The notes beneath the pieces are model-generated. The model saw nothing but the letters and a program-made list of their open reading frames with translations, did not search any database and was not told where the DNA came from. Both the position numbers and the translations under genes were made by a program. A DNA stretch of 64,000 bases from Bryobacterales bacterium (GTDB lineage: Bacteria > Acidobacteriota > Terriglobia > Bryobacterales > Bryobacteraceae): contig PMOK01000168.1 in assembly GCA_003162425.1 (NCBI GenBank), forward strand, positions 997 to 64,996, written 5' to 3'. Positions 35,847 to 43,363 of this stretch are shown here, one piece after another. Numbering within the stretch: position 1 is the stretch's first letter; each line of letters opens with the position of its first letter.

Positions 35847-36488
35847 TTATTTCAGCGGATACGCAAGCTCTTTCTCTTTCTGCTTGCCGTCGCTTGAAAT
35901 CGCAACGACAGTAAAAGTGGTCACATCGGACGAGAAGACCGGAAAAACAAACCATGCTCGCTGAGAATAACGCTCGTAGAAGAGACTCTGGTAAGGAAAA
36001 GCATCTGCTCGCCCCGCTGTCTTCTCGATCGGTTGTATGACCTTTTCGCCGATCTTCAACACAACGTGAACTCCGCCGTTTGGCCCCCACTTGGGCAAAC
36101 TGCCAGCGTACAGATTGTTGTAGCAATTCGCCTCAAGCAGGACATCCATCACGCCAAGCGGAAGCTCTCTCTTAGTGTCGTCTACCGTGATTTCCCGAAG
36201 CTGACGTTTCGCTTCGGCGGTTTCTAATGCAATGCGGTCGCGATCGAAAAGGAACGTTACTTTCTTTTCGATAGGATCGCCAAATCCGGCTCGATTCAAA
36301 CGAACCTGCTGCTTCTTCTTGATCTGTTCCCACAGTTTCTTAGCTGGCGTGGTCTTGCCGCGCTCCATTGCCTCTTGAATCTCGGCATCAGACGGAGTTT
36401 GAGCAATGCCAATCGCCGTAGCTGTGGCAACAAAAAGAAGGGCAACTCTCATTGGTGTTACCATTTTTGGCGTCCGCCTTGCAGCCAC
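35847..36488 (-). CDS. secreted hypothetical protein
   Basis: Signal-peptide-like MRVALLFVATATAIGIAQTP followed by a soluble domain; no motif recognised. Confidence 0.55.
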   Translation of the reverse strand: MAARRTPKMVTPMRVALLFVATATAIGIAQTPSDAEIQEAMERGKTTPAKKLWEQIKKKQQVRLNRAGFGDPIEKKVTFLFDRDRIALETAEAKRQLREITVDDTKRELPLGVMDVLLEANCYNNLYAGSLPKWGPNGGVHVVLKIGEKVIQPIEKTAGRADAFPYQSLFYERYSQRAWFVFPVFSSDVTTFTVVAISSDGKQKEKELAYPLK

Positions 36489-36564
36489 TATAACCCAGCG
36501 TGACGTTCAGCGGAAACGATGCCCCCACCTCCGCCAAAACCCTCAAATGCCCGGTCTGCTCGCA

Positions 36565-36872
36565 GCGCAATGCTGTGGCGACTAAGCCTATTGCGCTTCA
36601 GCCGCTTTCCGCAGCGACGGGCAATCGAAATTCAACACTACTCTTGGGAGCATGAAAAACGCCGCAGATCGTAGTGCCGCCGCGAAGAAGGCTGCGGCCA
36701 CCAGGAAACGCCGTGACGCCGCGAAGAACGCCGCTGCAAAACGAAAGCATCGGGCGGCTGGCCACAAGGCCGCTGAGACACGAAAAGCGAATGTTGCAGC
36801 GAGGAAGCGTAGCAACGCCGCAAAGAAGGCTAACGCGACGCGCAAGCGCAATGCTGTGGCTACTAAGCCTAT
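36565..36872 (+). repeat. 27-bp direct repeats bracketing the basic-protein gene
   Basis: 36565-36591 GCGCAATGCTGTGGCGACTAAGCCTAT versus 36846-36872, 1 mismatch. The upstream copy reads ..RNAVATKPIA.. in frame, i.e. the relic of the 3' end of a previous gene copy. Confidence 0.7.
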
Positions 36873-36927
36873 CGAGACCAAGCTAGAGAATGCAGTTGAG
36901 GCACTCGGGTCAGGGCCGATTCTGTAG
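36652..36927 (+). CDS. histone H1-like / Ala-Lys-Arg-rich basic protein
   Basis: GGGAG RBS 5 nt before the ATG. 91 aa of AAKKA/ATRKR-type repeats (AAAKKAAATRKRRDAAKNAAAKRKHRAAGHKAAETRKANVAARKR..). Confidence 0.55.
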   Translation: MKNAADRSAAAKKAAATRKRRDAAKNAAAKRKHRAAGHKAAETRKANVAARKRSNAAKKANATRKRNAVATKPIETKLENAVEALGSGPIL

Positions 36928-36972
36928 TTCCGATTCTTTACACGCGTCGTCGTCGCGATAACCCTTGTGTCC

Positions 36973-37041
36973 TTATTCGCGCCGCACATCTTCAGCGTTC
37001 TTGTCCTCCCGCAACGCCATAAACTTCGCATGCCGCAAAGT
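36973..37041 (-). pseudogene. C-terminal relic of an ATP-dependent DNA ligase
   Basis: TLRHAKFMALREDKNAEDVRRE* matches the conserved ligase OB-domain end (LRHP.F.GLREDK.A..V). Nothing ligase-like lies upstream in any one frame. Confidence 0.4.
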
Positions 37042-37276
37042 CTGCGCCGCTGGCAGCCTCGGCGGGGTGGGCAAAGGCCCACGAAACGTCCGCCTTGGAC
37101 TGGCGCTCAGTTCTACGGAATGGGTTTGCACAAGTTAATGGGCACCGTGAAATACCCGGCGCAAGCCACACCCAGAAGATCATCGTTAAGCCGTGTGCGG
37201 GAAAACTGCACGCACGGTTTGAAAGGGGTTCTTAGAAACGGGCCGGTGTAAGCCGGTACCGCGCTAAAATCTACCA

Positions 37277-37420
37277 ATGAAAGTTGATCTCACCGAAGAC
37301 GAGATCCGGCTCCTTATGGAGGCGGTCGAGCATTTCGACGCCTACCTGCATTCGCAGCGCCGGGAGAGCGATGAGATCAAGGCTCTGCTGAGGATGCTGC
37401 AAAAGCTATTGAAGAAGTAG
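37277..37420 (+). CDS. 47-aa helical micro-protein (below the track cutoff)
   Basis: MKVDLTEDEIRLLMEAVEHFDAYLHSQRRESDEIKALLRMLQKLLKK*. Clean ORF, no obvious SD. Confidence 0.3.
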   Translation: MKVDLTEDEIRLLMEAVEHFDAYLHSQRRESDEIKALLRMLQKLLKK

Positions 37421-37566
37421 TCTTTCAAATCGCACCCACCGCTCGCGGCGACCTCTCATGATGGTCAGCACAGATGGGCATGGCGGATAGAACGCCGCCG
37501 TATGCTGAAGAACGACTGCGAGGCGGTGAACGATGAGCGATGACAAAATCAAAACCACCAGCGGGC

Positions 37567-37845
37567 TCATTTCCCCGGCTCCTGCTCCACCGCACGCATG
37601 CAATCCTCGAACGTCGGGTTCTCGCCAGCTTCGATGAGCCGCTGCGCTTCTGCGACGGCTCGCTGATTTCCGCCTAAGGCCCTGCTGAGCAAGTGGTCTG
37701 CGATGACGTCGAGTTGGTCCGGCGTCATCTTGTCCGGATCGGTCTCCCACAGCAAGGCGCTGCGATCGACGAACATGCCGATCTCTTTCCCGATCAGCTC
37801 CTCACAGCGCGCCGCGGCCCCAACCCATTCGATTCGGCGCTCCAA
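37567..37845 (-). CDS. third, diverged and inverted paralogue of the terminase-like C-terminal module
   Basis: DPDKMTPDQLDVIADHLLSRALGGNQRAVAEAQRLIEAGE parallels DPDKLTPAQLDRIAEHLIQKALTGKPEAMVAEARRRLEAGE of copy 1. The N-terminus differs; TTG start. Confidence 0.45.
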   Translation of the reverse strand: MERRIEWVGAAARCEELIGKEIGMFVDRSALLWETDPDKMTPDQLDVIADHLLSRALGGNQRAVAEAQRLIEAGENPTFEDCMRAVEQEPGK

Positions 37846-38318
37846 GAACGGATTGCGAGTGAGGCTTTTTGGAAGGTCCCTGCTTTCCTGGCCCTGCCCG
37901 CCTTCGGATAACTCACGGTTGAACTACATTAAATAGCCCTTACCCTCGGGAGCGTCAAAAACGTGGAACGCCGAGTCTTCTGAAACTATTCGTTTATCTT
38001 CTTAACATGAACCCCTGCGTTATCCAAAGCTTCATGAAGCCTTCCCCGAAGAAAGCTTAGGCGCTAACGACAATTGACGCAGGAATGCTCGACGAAAATG
38101 ATCCACCCAAGAGCCTCCAGGCGCGGGAGTCGCGGTCCCTGACCGTGCCAGAGACGGACCCCCCTAGTCTGTCTTGGAGTCCGCTTCCCGAGACTATCTG
38201 GGTTGCGACGGAGGAATGAAGTGTTCTAACGTATTGATTCCGGCCGTTCCGATATGAAATCGACTTCCTGAGAGCCATCCTGGACTGCGGAGCCTGGTTT
38301 CCGACCGCCGGGTGAACT

Positions 38319-38435
38319 GTGCAGAAGCGCATGGACAGGCTGACCGCAGAGCGGAGAAGCTGGAACATGAGTCGCATCAAAGGGCGGGACACCGCACCGG
38401 AGAAGCGAGTCCGCTCCCTGCTGCACCGGCTCGGA
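38319..38435 (+). pseudogene. vsr: N-terminal fragment of very-short-patch repair endonuclease Vsr
   Basis: ERRSWNMSRIKGRDTAPEKRVRSLLHRLG matches the Vsr N-terminus (RS.NM..I..K.T.PE...R..L...G). Similarity ends at 38435. Confidence 0.6.
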
Positions 38436-38712
38436 TCTTTTTCAACTGCGGCATCTTGGCTTGCGACGCTTGCAGATAGATGGGCTCTACGTACAGGAAC
38501 GTATGTTCAATGGGCAGAACCAGCATTTGGCCGCGCAATACCTGGGAGCCTTGCTGATTCCACAGCGTGAGATCCTTCGAGATGTTCTGATCCTGGTTGA
38601 TGCGCGCTTCCACTTGCATGGGCCCGTAAATGATCTCCTGCTTCGATAGCAGCAGCACCACGTTGGTTCGGGTACCGTGACGGATATGCCGATCTGTGTC
38701 GACTCTTCCAGG
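38434..38712 (-). pseudogene. C-terminal fragment of a UPF0182-family membrane protein
   Basis: IYGPMQVEARINQDQNISKDLTLWNQQGSQVLRGQMLVLPIEHTFLYVEPIYLQA..MPQLKKI matches the conserved UPF0182 C-terminus. It abuts the vsr fragment tail to tail. Confidence 0.6.
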
Positions 38713-38822
38713 AGGTCAGAGGCGGACGGAGGGAGACAGATTTCCGCGCTCTCGCTGACCGGCTCAATCCGCTGTGGTAACCCTGCTGCCCGACACGAAG
38801 AATCCCGGTAAGATCGGCTGAT

Positions 38823-39029
38823 ATGGCGTCAGCGATATTCCAGCAGTACCGAGATCACTATGGCATCGGGGCATCCGACATGAGCGAAGGCTGCGGCAAT
38901 ATCTACGCCAACGATGGCACCCTCGTCGCAACGGTCTCGTACAACGGACGAGTCTGGCACCCACAGGGCGAATTGCTGCAAGAATCGATCACCGCGAGCG
39001 CCCCTGACGAGTGTGGCGACTGCAAATAG
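38823..39029 (+). CDS. small hypothetical protein
   Basis: 68-aa ORF (..YNGRVWHPQGELL..ECGDCK). No SD and no motif. Confidence 0.3.
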   Translation: MASAIFQQYRDHYGIGASDMSEGCGNIYANDGTLVATVSYNGRVWHPQGELLQESITASAPDECGDCK

Positions 39030-39172
39030 TGTCGACTTCCACCGCCACCGTACTGGCTCTCACCTTTAAGAGTCTTTTGTAGCCCGTCGGGCAATACGCC
39101 GATCCGCTAACTCTCTTCCTGAATGCAGCCCTCTCCCAATATGCCTTCATCCGCTCTGATTGGGCTTTCCGC

Positions 39173-39778
39173 TTGGCGTGGATGACCGACTGTCCTGTCC
39201 CTCTTCTTTCTATTGCGCCGGTAGTCAGTGCTGCCTTTTATTTCCTCACCCTTAAACTGAGAGAAGCTAGCCTCTCGAAGCCCGGAGGCTCTGGATCCCT
39301 GCTATCGCTCCAGCACTACTTCACGCAGGGAGCATTGTACGTGTCTAGTGAGCAGACGAATGATCTAGCTCGCATCTTCAACGACAGCTACGAAAGGGTC
39401 ATGCATGGGCCGGGTAGAAGCAGCGGCGAGTTCTTCGTTGCCTTCTATGACCTACTAACTGCGACCAGCGACGAAGCGGCAAGCAAGTTTCGGAACACCG
39501 ACATGGCGGAGCAAGTTCGGACGCTCCAATCATCGGTCACCGTTCTCCTGAACTTTTTCGTGAGCAGCCGTCAGGACGAATACCTCGGAAAACTTGCGGA
39601 GCGTCACAGCAAACGAGGCGTGGACATACCTCCAGAACTCTACTCGGTCTGGCTGGACTGCTTGATTGAAACCGTGCGCCAGTTCGACCCCAAGTTCAAA
39701 GATGACGTGGCAGCGGCGTGGCGAGTCGTGTTTTCGAAAGGAATTGAGGTCATGACCTCTAGGTACGCGGGAGATTAA
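39173..39778 (+). CDS. globin-fold protein (sensor/protoglobin-like), orphan
   Basis: FFVAFYDLLTATSDEAASKF.. and LGKLAERHSKRGVDIPPELYSVWLDCLIETV resemble globin helices B-C and the F-helix proximal His through the G helix. The N-terminal 40 aa are hydrophobic or uncertain (alternative ATG 39182). Confidence 0.5.
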   Translation: MAWMTDCPVPLLSIAPVVSAAFYFLTLKLREASLSKPGGSGSLLSLQHYFTQGALYVSSEQTNDLARIFNDSYERVMHGPGRSSGEFFVAFYDLLTATSDEAASKFRNTDMAEQVRTLQSSVTVLLNFFVSSRQDEYLGKLAERHSKRGVDIPPELYSVWLDCLIETVRQFDPKFKDDVAAAWRVVFSKGIEVMTSRYAGD

Positions 39779-39789
39779 GAGTTCGTTCA

Positions 39790-40017
39790 ATGGACGGCCG
39801 CGACTATCTTGTGCGCCAACTCGCCGATCACAAGGCCGCCATCGACACCGAAGCTCTCAAAGGCCCCGGTTTGACCGAATACGCCAAGATGTGCGGCGAG
39901 GTACTGGGCAAGGGACACGCTCTCTCTGGTGACGCCTGCGTGTTGGATGGCTATTGTGGTGGCGCCGAAAAACTCGACAAAGCTATAGCCGAATTCGCCG
40001 TCGCCTATGCGGACCAG
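39790..40017 (+). pseudogene. C-terminal fragment of a DUF2252-family protein
   Basis: RQLADHKAA..LTEYAKMCGEVLGKGHALSGDACVLDGYCGGAEKLDKAIAEFAVAYADQ matches the DUF2252 C-terminus (YA..CG..LA.AHARSGD...I.GY.G....D.A...FA..YADQ). Confidence 0.55.
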
Positions 40018-40029
40018 AGCACGGCCCGA

Positions 40030-40215
40030 TTTACGTTTGTCTGTTGTTTCAGAGAATCGAATTGCTCGCTGAGCCATATGAGGTTCCTCTAATTTGTAAG
40101 GTGGTGGCGGCGGCACTTTGGGACAACGAAAATCAAGAAATCGACGGCGCATCCCCACGGGGATGCATTTTTTCGAACTGCATCCCGCGAGAAGTGCAAG
40201 CGCAGTAAGAAGAAA
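40030..40215 (-). repeat. copy A of a ~165-bp repeat: promoter region plus the first 16 codons of the RHH gene
   Basis: 40052-40215 aligns with 42411-42575 with about 10 mismatches by eye. It encodes MAQRAIRFSETTDKRK and then breaks into the antisense of the DUF2252 fragment. Confidence 0.8.
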
Positions 40216-40348
40216 CGACGCCCTCGATACGCCTCTGAGTCAGGCAACAAGACGAATGGAAGTCTGGGTAGCGGAACACGAAAGGTCCCCACGACGGTGA
40301 CCTGGAAGCCTGATACCAACCTGGGTTTTCGTTATTTGAGGATGACAA

Positions 40349-41539
40349 CTACAGCATGAGGCGAATAAGAGCGAGGCTGGCGGCGCACAGCGCTAGGCAA
40401 GAGACGACGCCGGTAAGCAATGCGCGTCCGCCCACGCGCGCCAGGAAATGAACGTCCACCTCCAATCCCATCGCGGCCATGGCCAGAGTCAGTAGAAAAC
40501 TGCCCGCGTCAGCCAACACGTCTGCGGTGGAAACGCTGAAGCTGCGCGAGGCTTGCCAGACTGGATGAAACTCGAGTGCCGGAATTAGCCCCAGCGTATT
40601 CATCAGCGCTGCGGCTACGAAACCCCAGAAGAATGGCGGGACTAGCCGCGAGTAATGCACCTGGACGCCGTCCGTCCGCTTGCGGCGCGCGTATGCGATA
40701 GCCAGAACGAAGGTGAACGGAGCAAGCAGTGCCACGCGCACCAGTTTCACCAGCGTAGCGATGCTTCCCGCGCCTGGACTGAAGGCGAAGGCTGCCGCCA
40801 CCACCTGTGGGACGGCGTGGATAGAGGTTCCAGCCCACACGCCAAAGGCTTGATCGCCGAGCCCCAGCATCGCACCGGCCAGAGGAAACAGGAACATCAG
40901 CGGCAGTCCCAGCAGATTGATCGTGCTCATGGAGAGCATGAGGTCCTCGTCGGTGGCGTCAATGAGCGGCGCCACAGCCACGATTGCGCTGTTTCCGCAG
41001 ATGGCCGTGCCGGCGCCTATCAATAGTGCCGTTCTCTTCCAGAGTTTGAGCATGCGGCCGAACCAATAAGCGGAGCCGGTCGCGACGCCAATGCAAGTCA
41101 GGATGATCACCAGTGCCGGCACGCCAACCTTTTCAAGGCTCGTGAGATTCAGGCTGAATCCGGTAAGCACGATGGTTACCGGGATGACCTTCCTAACGAT
41201 ACCCTTGCAACCTTCGAGAATGACGTGAGGCAGCCTGAGCGCATTGCGGGCTACTACTCCAAGAAGAATGGCGATGATGGCGGGGCTGACTGGCCGCCGC
41301 ACGCCGAACTCGCCCGCTATGCGAAATGGGACGAACGGCAGGTAATGGACAAGGTAGGCCGCGGCCGCAATGAGAAGTGCCGCCGCATATCCCGGCCAGA
41401 TGGATGGGCGCACGGGTTTGCCTTTTCCAGGTACGGCGCGGGTGACGACGATCGGGACATCCAGGCCCTCCATGGAGTCCAGCGAGGCCAAAGCTTCAGC
41501 ATCCAAAGAGCCGTAATAGGTGTGCGCGCGCGACTGCAA
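40349..41539 (-). CDS. YeiH/UPF0324-family membrane protein (putative sulfate exporter family)
   Basis: 396 aa, about 10 TM helices. Family-like blocks LIGAGTAICGNSAIVAVAP and WAGTSIHAVPQVVAA. Confidence 0.8.
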   Translation of the reverse strand: MQSRAHTYYGSLDAEALASLDSMEGLDVPIVVTRAVPGKGKPVRPSIWPGYAAALLIAAAAYLVHYLPFVPFRIAGEFGVRRPVSPAIIAILLGVVARNALRLPHVILEGCKGIVRKVIPVTIVLTGFSLNLTSLEKVGVPALVIILTCIGVATGSAYWFGRMLKLWKRTALLIGAGTAICGNSAIVAVAPLIDATDEDLMLSMSTINLLGLPLMFLFPLAGAMLGLGDQAFGVWAGTSIHAVPQVVAAAFAFSPGAGSIATLVKLVRVALLAPFTFVLAIAYARRKRTDGVQVHYSRLVPPFFWGFVAAALMNTLGLIPALEFHPVWQASRSFSVSTADVLADAGSFLLTLAMAAMGLEVDVHFLARVGGRALLTGVVSCLALCAASLALIRLML

Positions 41540-41811
41540 AAGGAAGTATATGTCAAACGTTGGCTAACGAGCGATTTTGTTTCCTTGGTCGAAGATCATC
41601 GTGTCGCGAAATGTTGTGGATTCTCCGCACGAAGACCTTCGATGGGCATTTGCGGAAGTTACTACTCCTGGAAGAGCCCGAGAACGAACCCCGAGATTCA
41701 GGGAAGTTGACAGCCAGCCTGACAGCCAACAGAAATGGTTCTGATTGCTCAGCGTGTCCCTGGTGGACAGACGCGTTACCCATGTGGCTGAAAAATCGCG
41801 ACATCGCACTC

Positions 41812-41877
41812 CATGGATAGCGCTTGGCAGGACTCATAATCCGTTGGTCGTAGGTTCAAGTCTTGCAGGGCCCACCA
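41812..41877 (+). pseudogene. 5'-truncated tRNA-Met(CAU)-like fragment (att-site relic)
   Basis: ..GGATAGCGC..GGACTCATAATCC..GTAGGTTCAAGTCTTGCAGGGCCCACCA contains a CAU anticodon loop, a T-arm (with 2 G-U pairs), a 3' acceptor strand and CCA. The matching 5' acceptor strand is absent and the anticodon stem is imperfect. Confidence 0.55.
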
Positions 41878-41895
41878 AATCGGGCGGGTGGCGAA

Positions 41896-42036
41896 CGGAG
41901 ACCGGCGCTTCCGCACGCCGCTCATCCGGGCATAATGCATGATGATCTTGTAAGCGGTAGCCAATGGACGGCGCTCGCGCCGGACGGCTGGCTTTCGCGG
42001 CCGAAGCCGAAACTTCCGCTCCTCATCGTTCGCCAT
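41896..42036 (-). pseudogene. N-terminal fragment of a relaxase (DUF3363-type MOB protein)
   Basis: MANDEERKFRLRPRKPAVRRERRPLATAYKIIMHYARMSG matches the typical N-terminus (..D..FR.RP.K........A....IMHYAR). The ORF then runs into the antisense of the tRNA fragment (WWALQDLNLRPTDYES). Confidence 0.55.
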
Positions 42037-42436
42037 TTTTCACCAACTCCTGCATTGCCCGCCGCGAATCGTCACCCATCGCCTGGCCCGCGCTTTTCAA
42101 CAATCGGGCGTGCCGGCCTTGCGCCCTGGCCACGGCCGCAGCCAACGCATGTCCGTCCGGCTCGGGAATGCAGGTCAGCAGAATCTTGGCGAGACTGTCC
42201 ACCAGGGCGAACAAGGCCTGCTGCGCTCGATCCAGTGGTACCATCCCCTGCCGGAGCTGCTCAATGCTGGCGGCCAACCGGTCCTCAGCACCGAGCAGTT
42301 CTTCCCTTTGGCCGGACAATTCCTGCTCCACCGCATGGCGAATGAACCCCGTTGGCGATGAAAAGCCGCGCTTCTCGGTCGCCTCTCGGATACGTTGGTC
42401 GGTCGTCTCGGAGAATCGAATCGCTCGCTGAGCCAT
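42023..42436 (-). CDS. ribbon-helix-helix protein, MobC-like relaxosome accessory candidate
   Basis: MAQRAIRFSETTDQRIREATEKRGFSSPTGFIRHAVEQEL (RHH) plus a helical tail. SD AGAGGGA; 14-nt overlap with the relaxase fragment. Confidence 0.6.
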   Translation of the reverse strand: MAQRAIRFSETTDQRIREATEKRGFSSPTGFIRHAVEQELSGQREELLGAEDRLAASIEQLRQGMVPLDRAQQALFALVDSLAKILLTCIPEPDGHALAAAVARAQGRHARLLKSAGQAMGDDSRRAMQELVKNGER

Positions 42437-42575
42437 ATGAGGTCCCTCTAATTTGTAAGGTAGTGGCGGCGGCACTTTGGGACAACAAAAATCGAGAAAT
42501 CGACGGCGCATCCCCACGGGGATGCATTTTTTCGAAATGCATCCCGCGAGAAGTGCAAGCGCAGCAAGCAGAAAC
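42411..42575 (-). repeat. copy B of the ~165-bp repeat (intact context)
   Basis: Contains the hairpins GCATCCCCACGGGGATGC (42508-42525) and GATGCATTTTTTCGAAATGCATC (42521-42543), upstream of the RHH gene. Confidence 0.8.
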
Positions 42576-42659
42576 CAACCAAAACGCGCAGCAGCGCATC
42601 CCGATCCTTTATGTTCCACTAACCATTTTCGGTTGCCTTTCCCCCGTGTTTGCGAGTGG

Positions 42660-42765
42660 CCGATGTTGCAATCTGTTGCACTTTGTTCACAAAGTGTTGC
42701 GCCCCCTCACGCTGACCCAAAACTGATGCACTTTGTTAACAAACTGTTTGCAAACTGTTGCACAC
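42660..42765. promoter_or_regulatory. iteron/palindrome cluster, candidate oriT or operator region
   Basis: TGTTGCA at 42664, 42674 and 42756, with variants at 42695 and 42745. Two 23-nt repeats GCACTTTGTT(C/A)ACAAA(G/C)TGTT lie at 42678 and 42728, each with a TTTGTnnACAAA palindrome. AT-rich and ORF-free. Confidence 0.4.
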
Positions 42766-42888
42766 TTCAAAAAACGCTAAACGGACTTCCGATAAACTGA
42801 GACGGCGAAAAGTGCGACACTTTCCAGGGTTCACAATCTGTCGCAATCCAGACTGTCTCAGCTAGGGGGTCGCCCGAAAAAGATTTAC

Positions 42889-43029
42889 CGTCCCGCGCCC
42901 CGCCCGCCATTTCCTTATCAAGTGAGGGGCAAATGCAGACAAACGTCGCGAGTGCGGTGATGCGGTCTGGTTTCACAACAAAAATATGTCCCGAAGTGGC
43001 TCCGCCATTCCCTTACAAATTGAGGGGCA
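42889..43029 (+). repeat. copies C and D of a ~43-bp cassette (also at 42442-42484 and 40083-40125 on the minus strand)
   Basis: D (42987-43029): TGTCCCGAAGTGGCTCCGCCATTCCCTTACAAATTGAGGGGCA. B, reverse-complemented: TGTCCCAAAGTGCCGCCGCCACTACCTTACAAATTAGAGGGAC. C (42889-42931) is more diverged. Each ends in an SD-like GAGGG just before an ATG. Confidence 0.7.
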
Positions 43030-43363
43030 CTCGACGAGCTGGAACCCATGGTCAATCTAAGGACAGAGCATGATGTTCCGAAACGACTCACCGTTAGCGT
43101 TGCATGGCTGCGCCAGATGCCAAGAGGGAGTCGCGGAGTAGTTTTACATGACCGCTTTGATCGTTGTTCCTCTGATCGTCATGGACAGCGGCCCATTGGG
43201 AAATCATCTTATTGCATGCCATGGATGGCGCTCCTTGGGATTCTAATGAGGAGGGCGCGCCGGTTCAACACTGAGACGGCCACCCTCCTCCAAAACATTT
43301 CGGCTATCTTTGTAGTAGCCGCCGAGCCTTGCTCTAGGCTACGAAAAGGAACGTCTCGTCCGG

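Noticed and set aside
36588-37082. 164-aa minus-strand ORF overlapping the H1-like gene
   Set aside because: Its AAFFAA/LRF repeats are the antisense image of the AAKKA/TRKR repeats. The + strand gene has a proper SD and ATG.
38150-38270. Possible dcm C-terminal relic upstream of the vsr fragment (..RSLTVPE.. / ..VLESASRDY..KCSNVLIPAVPI)
   Set aside because: The resemblance to LTVRE.ARLQ.FPD.Y..QIGNAVPP needs two frame changes and wrong spacing, which is too weak to call.
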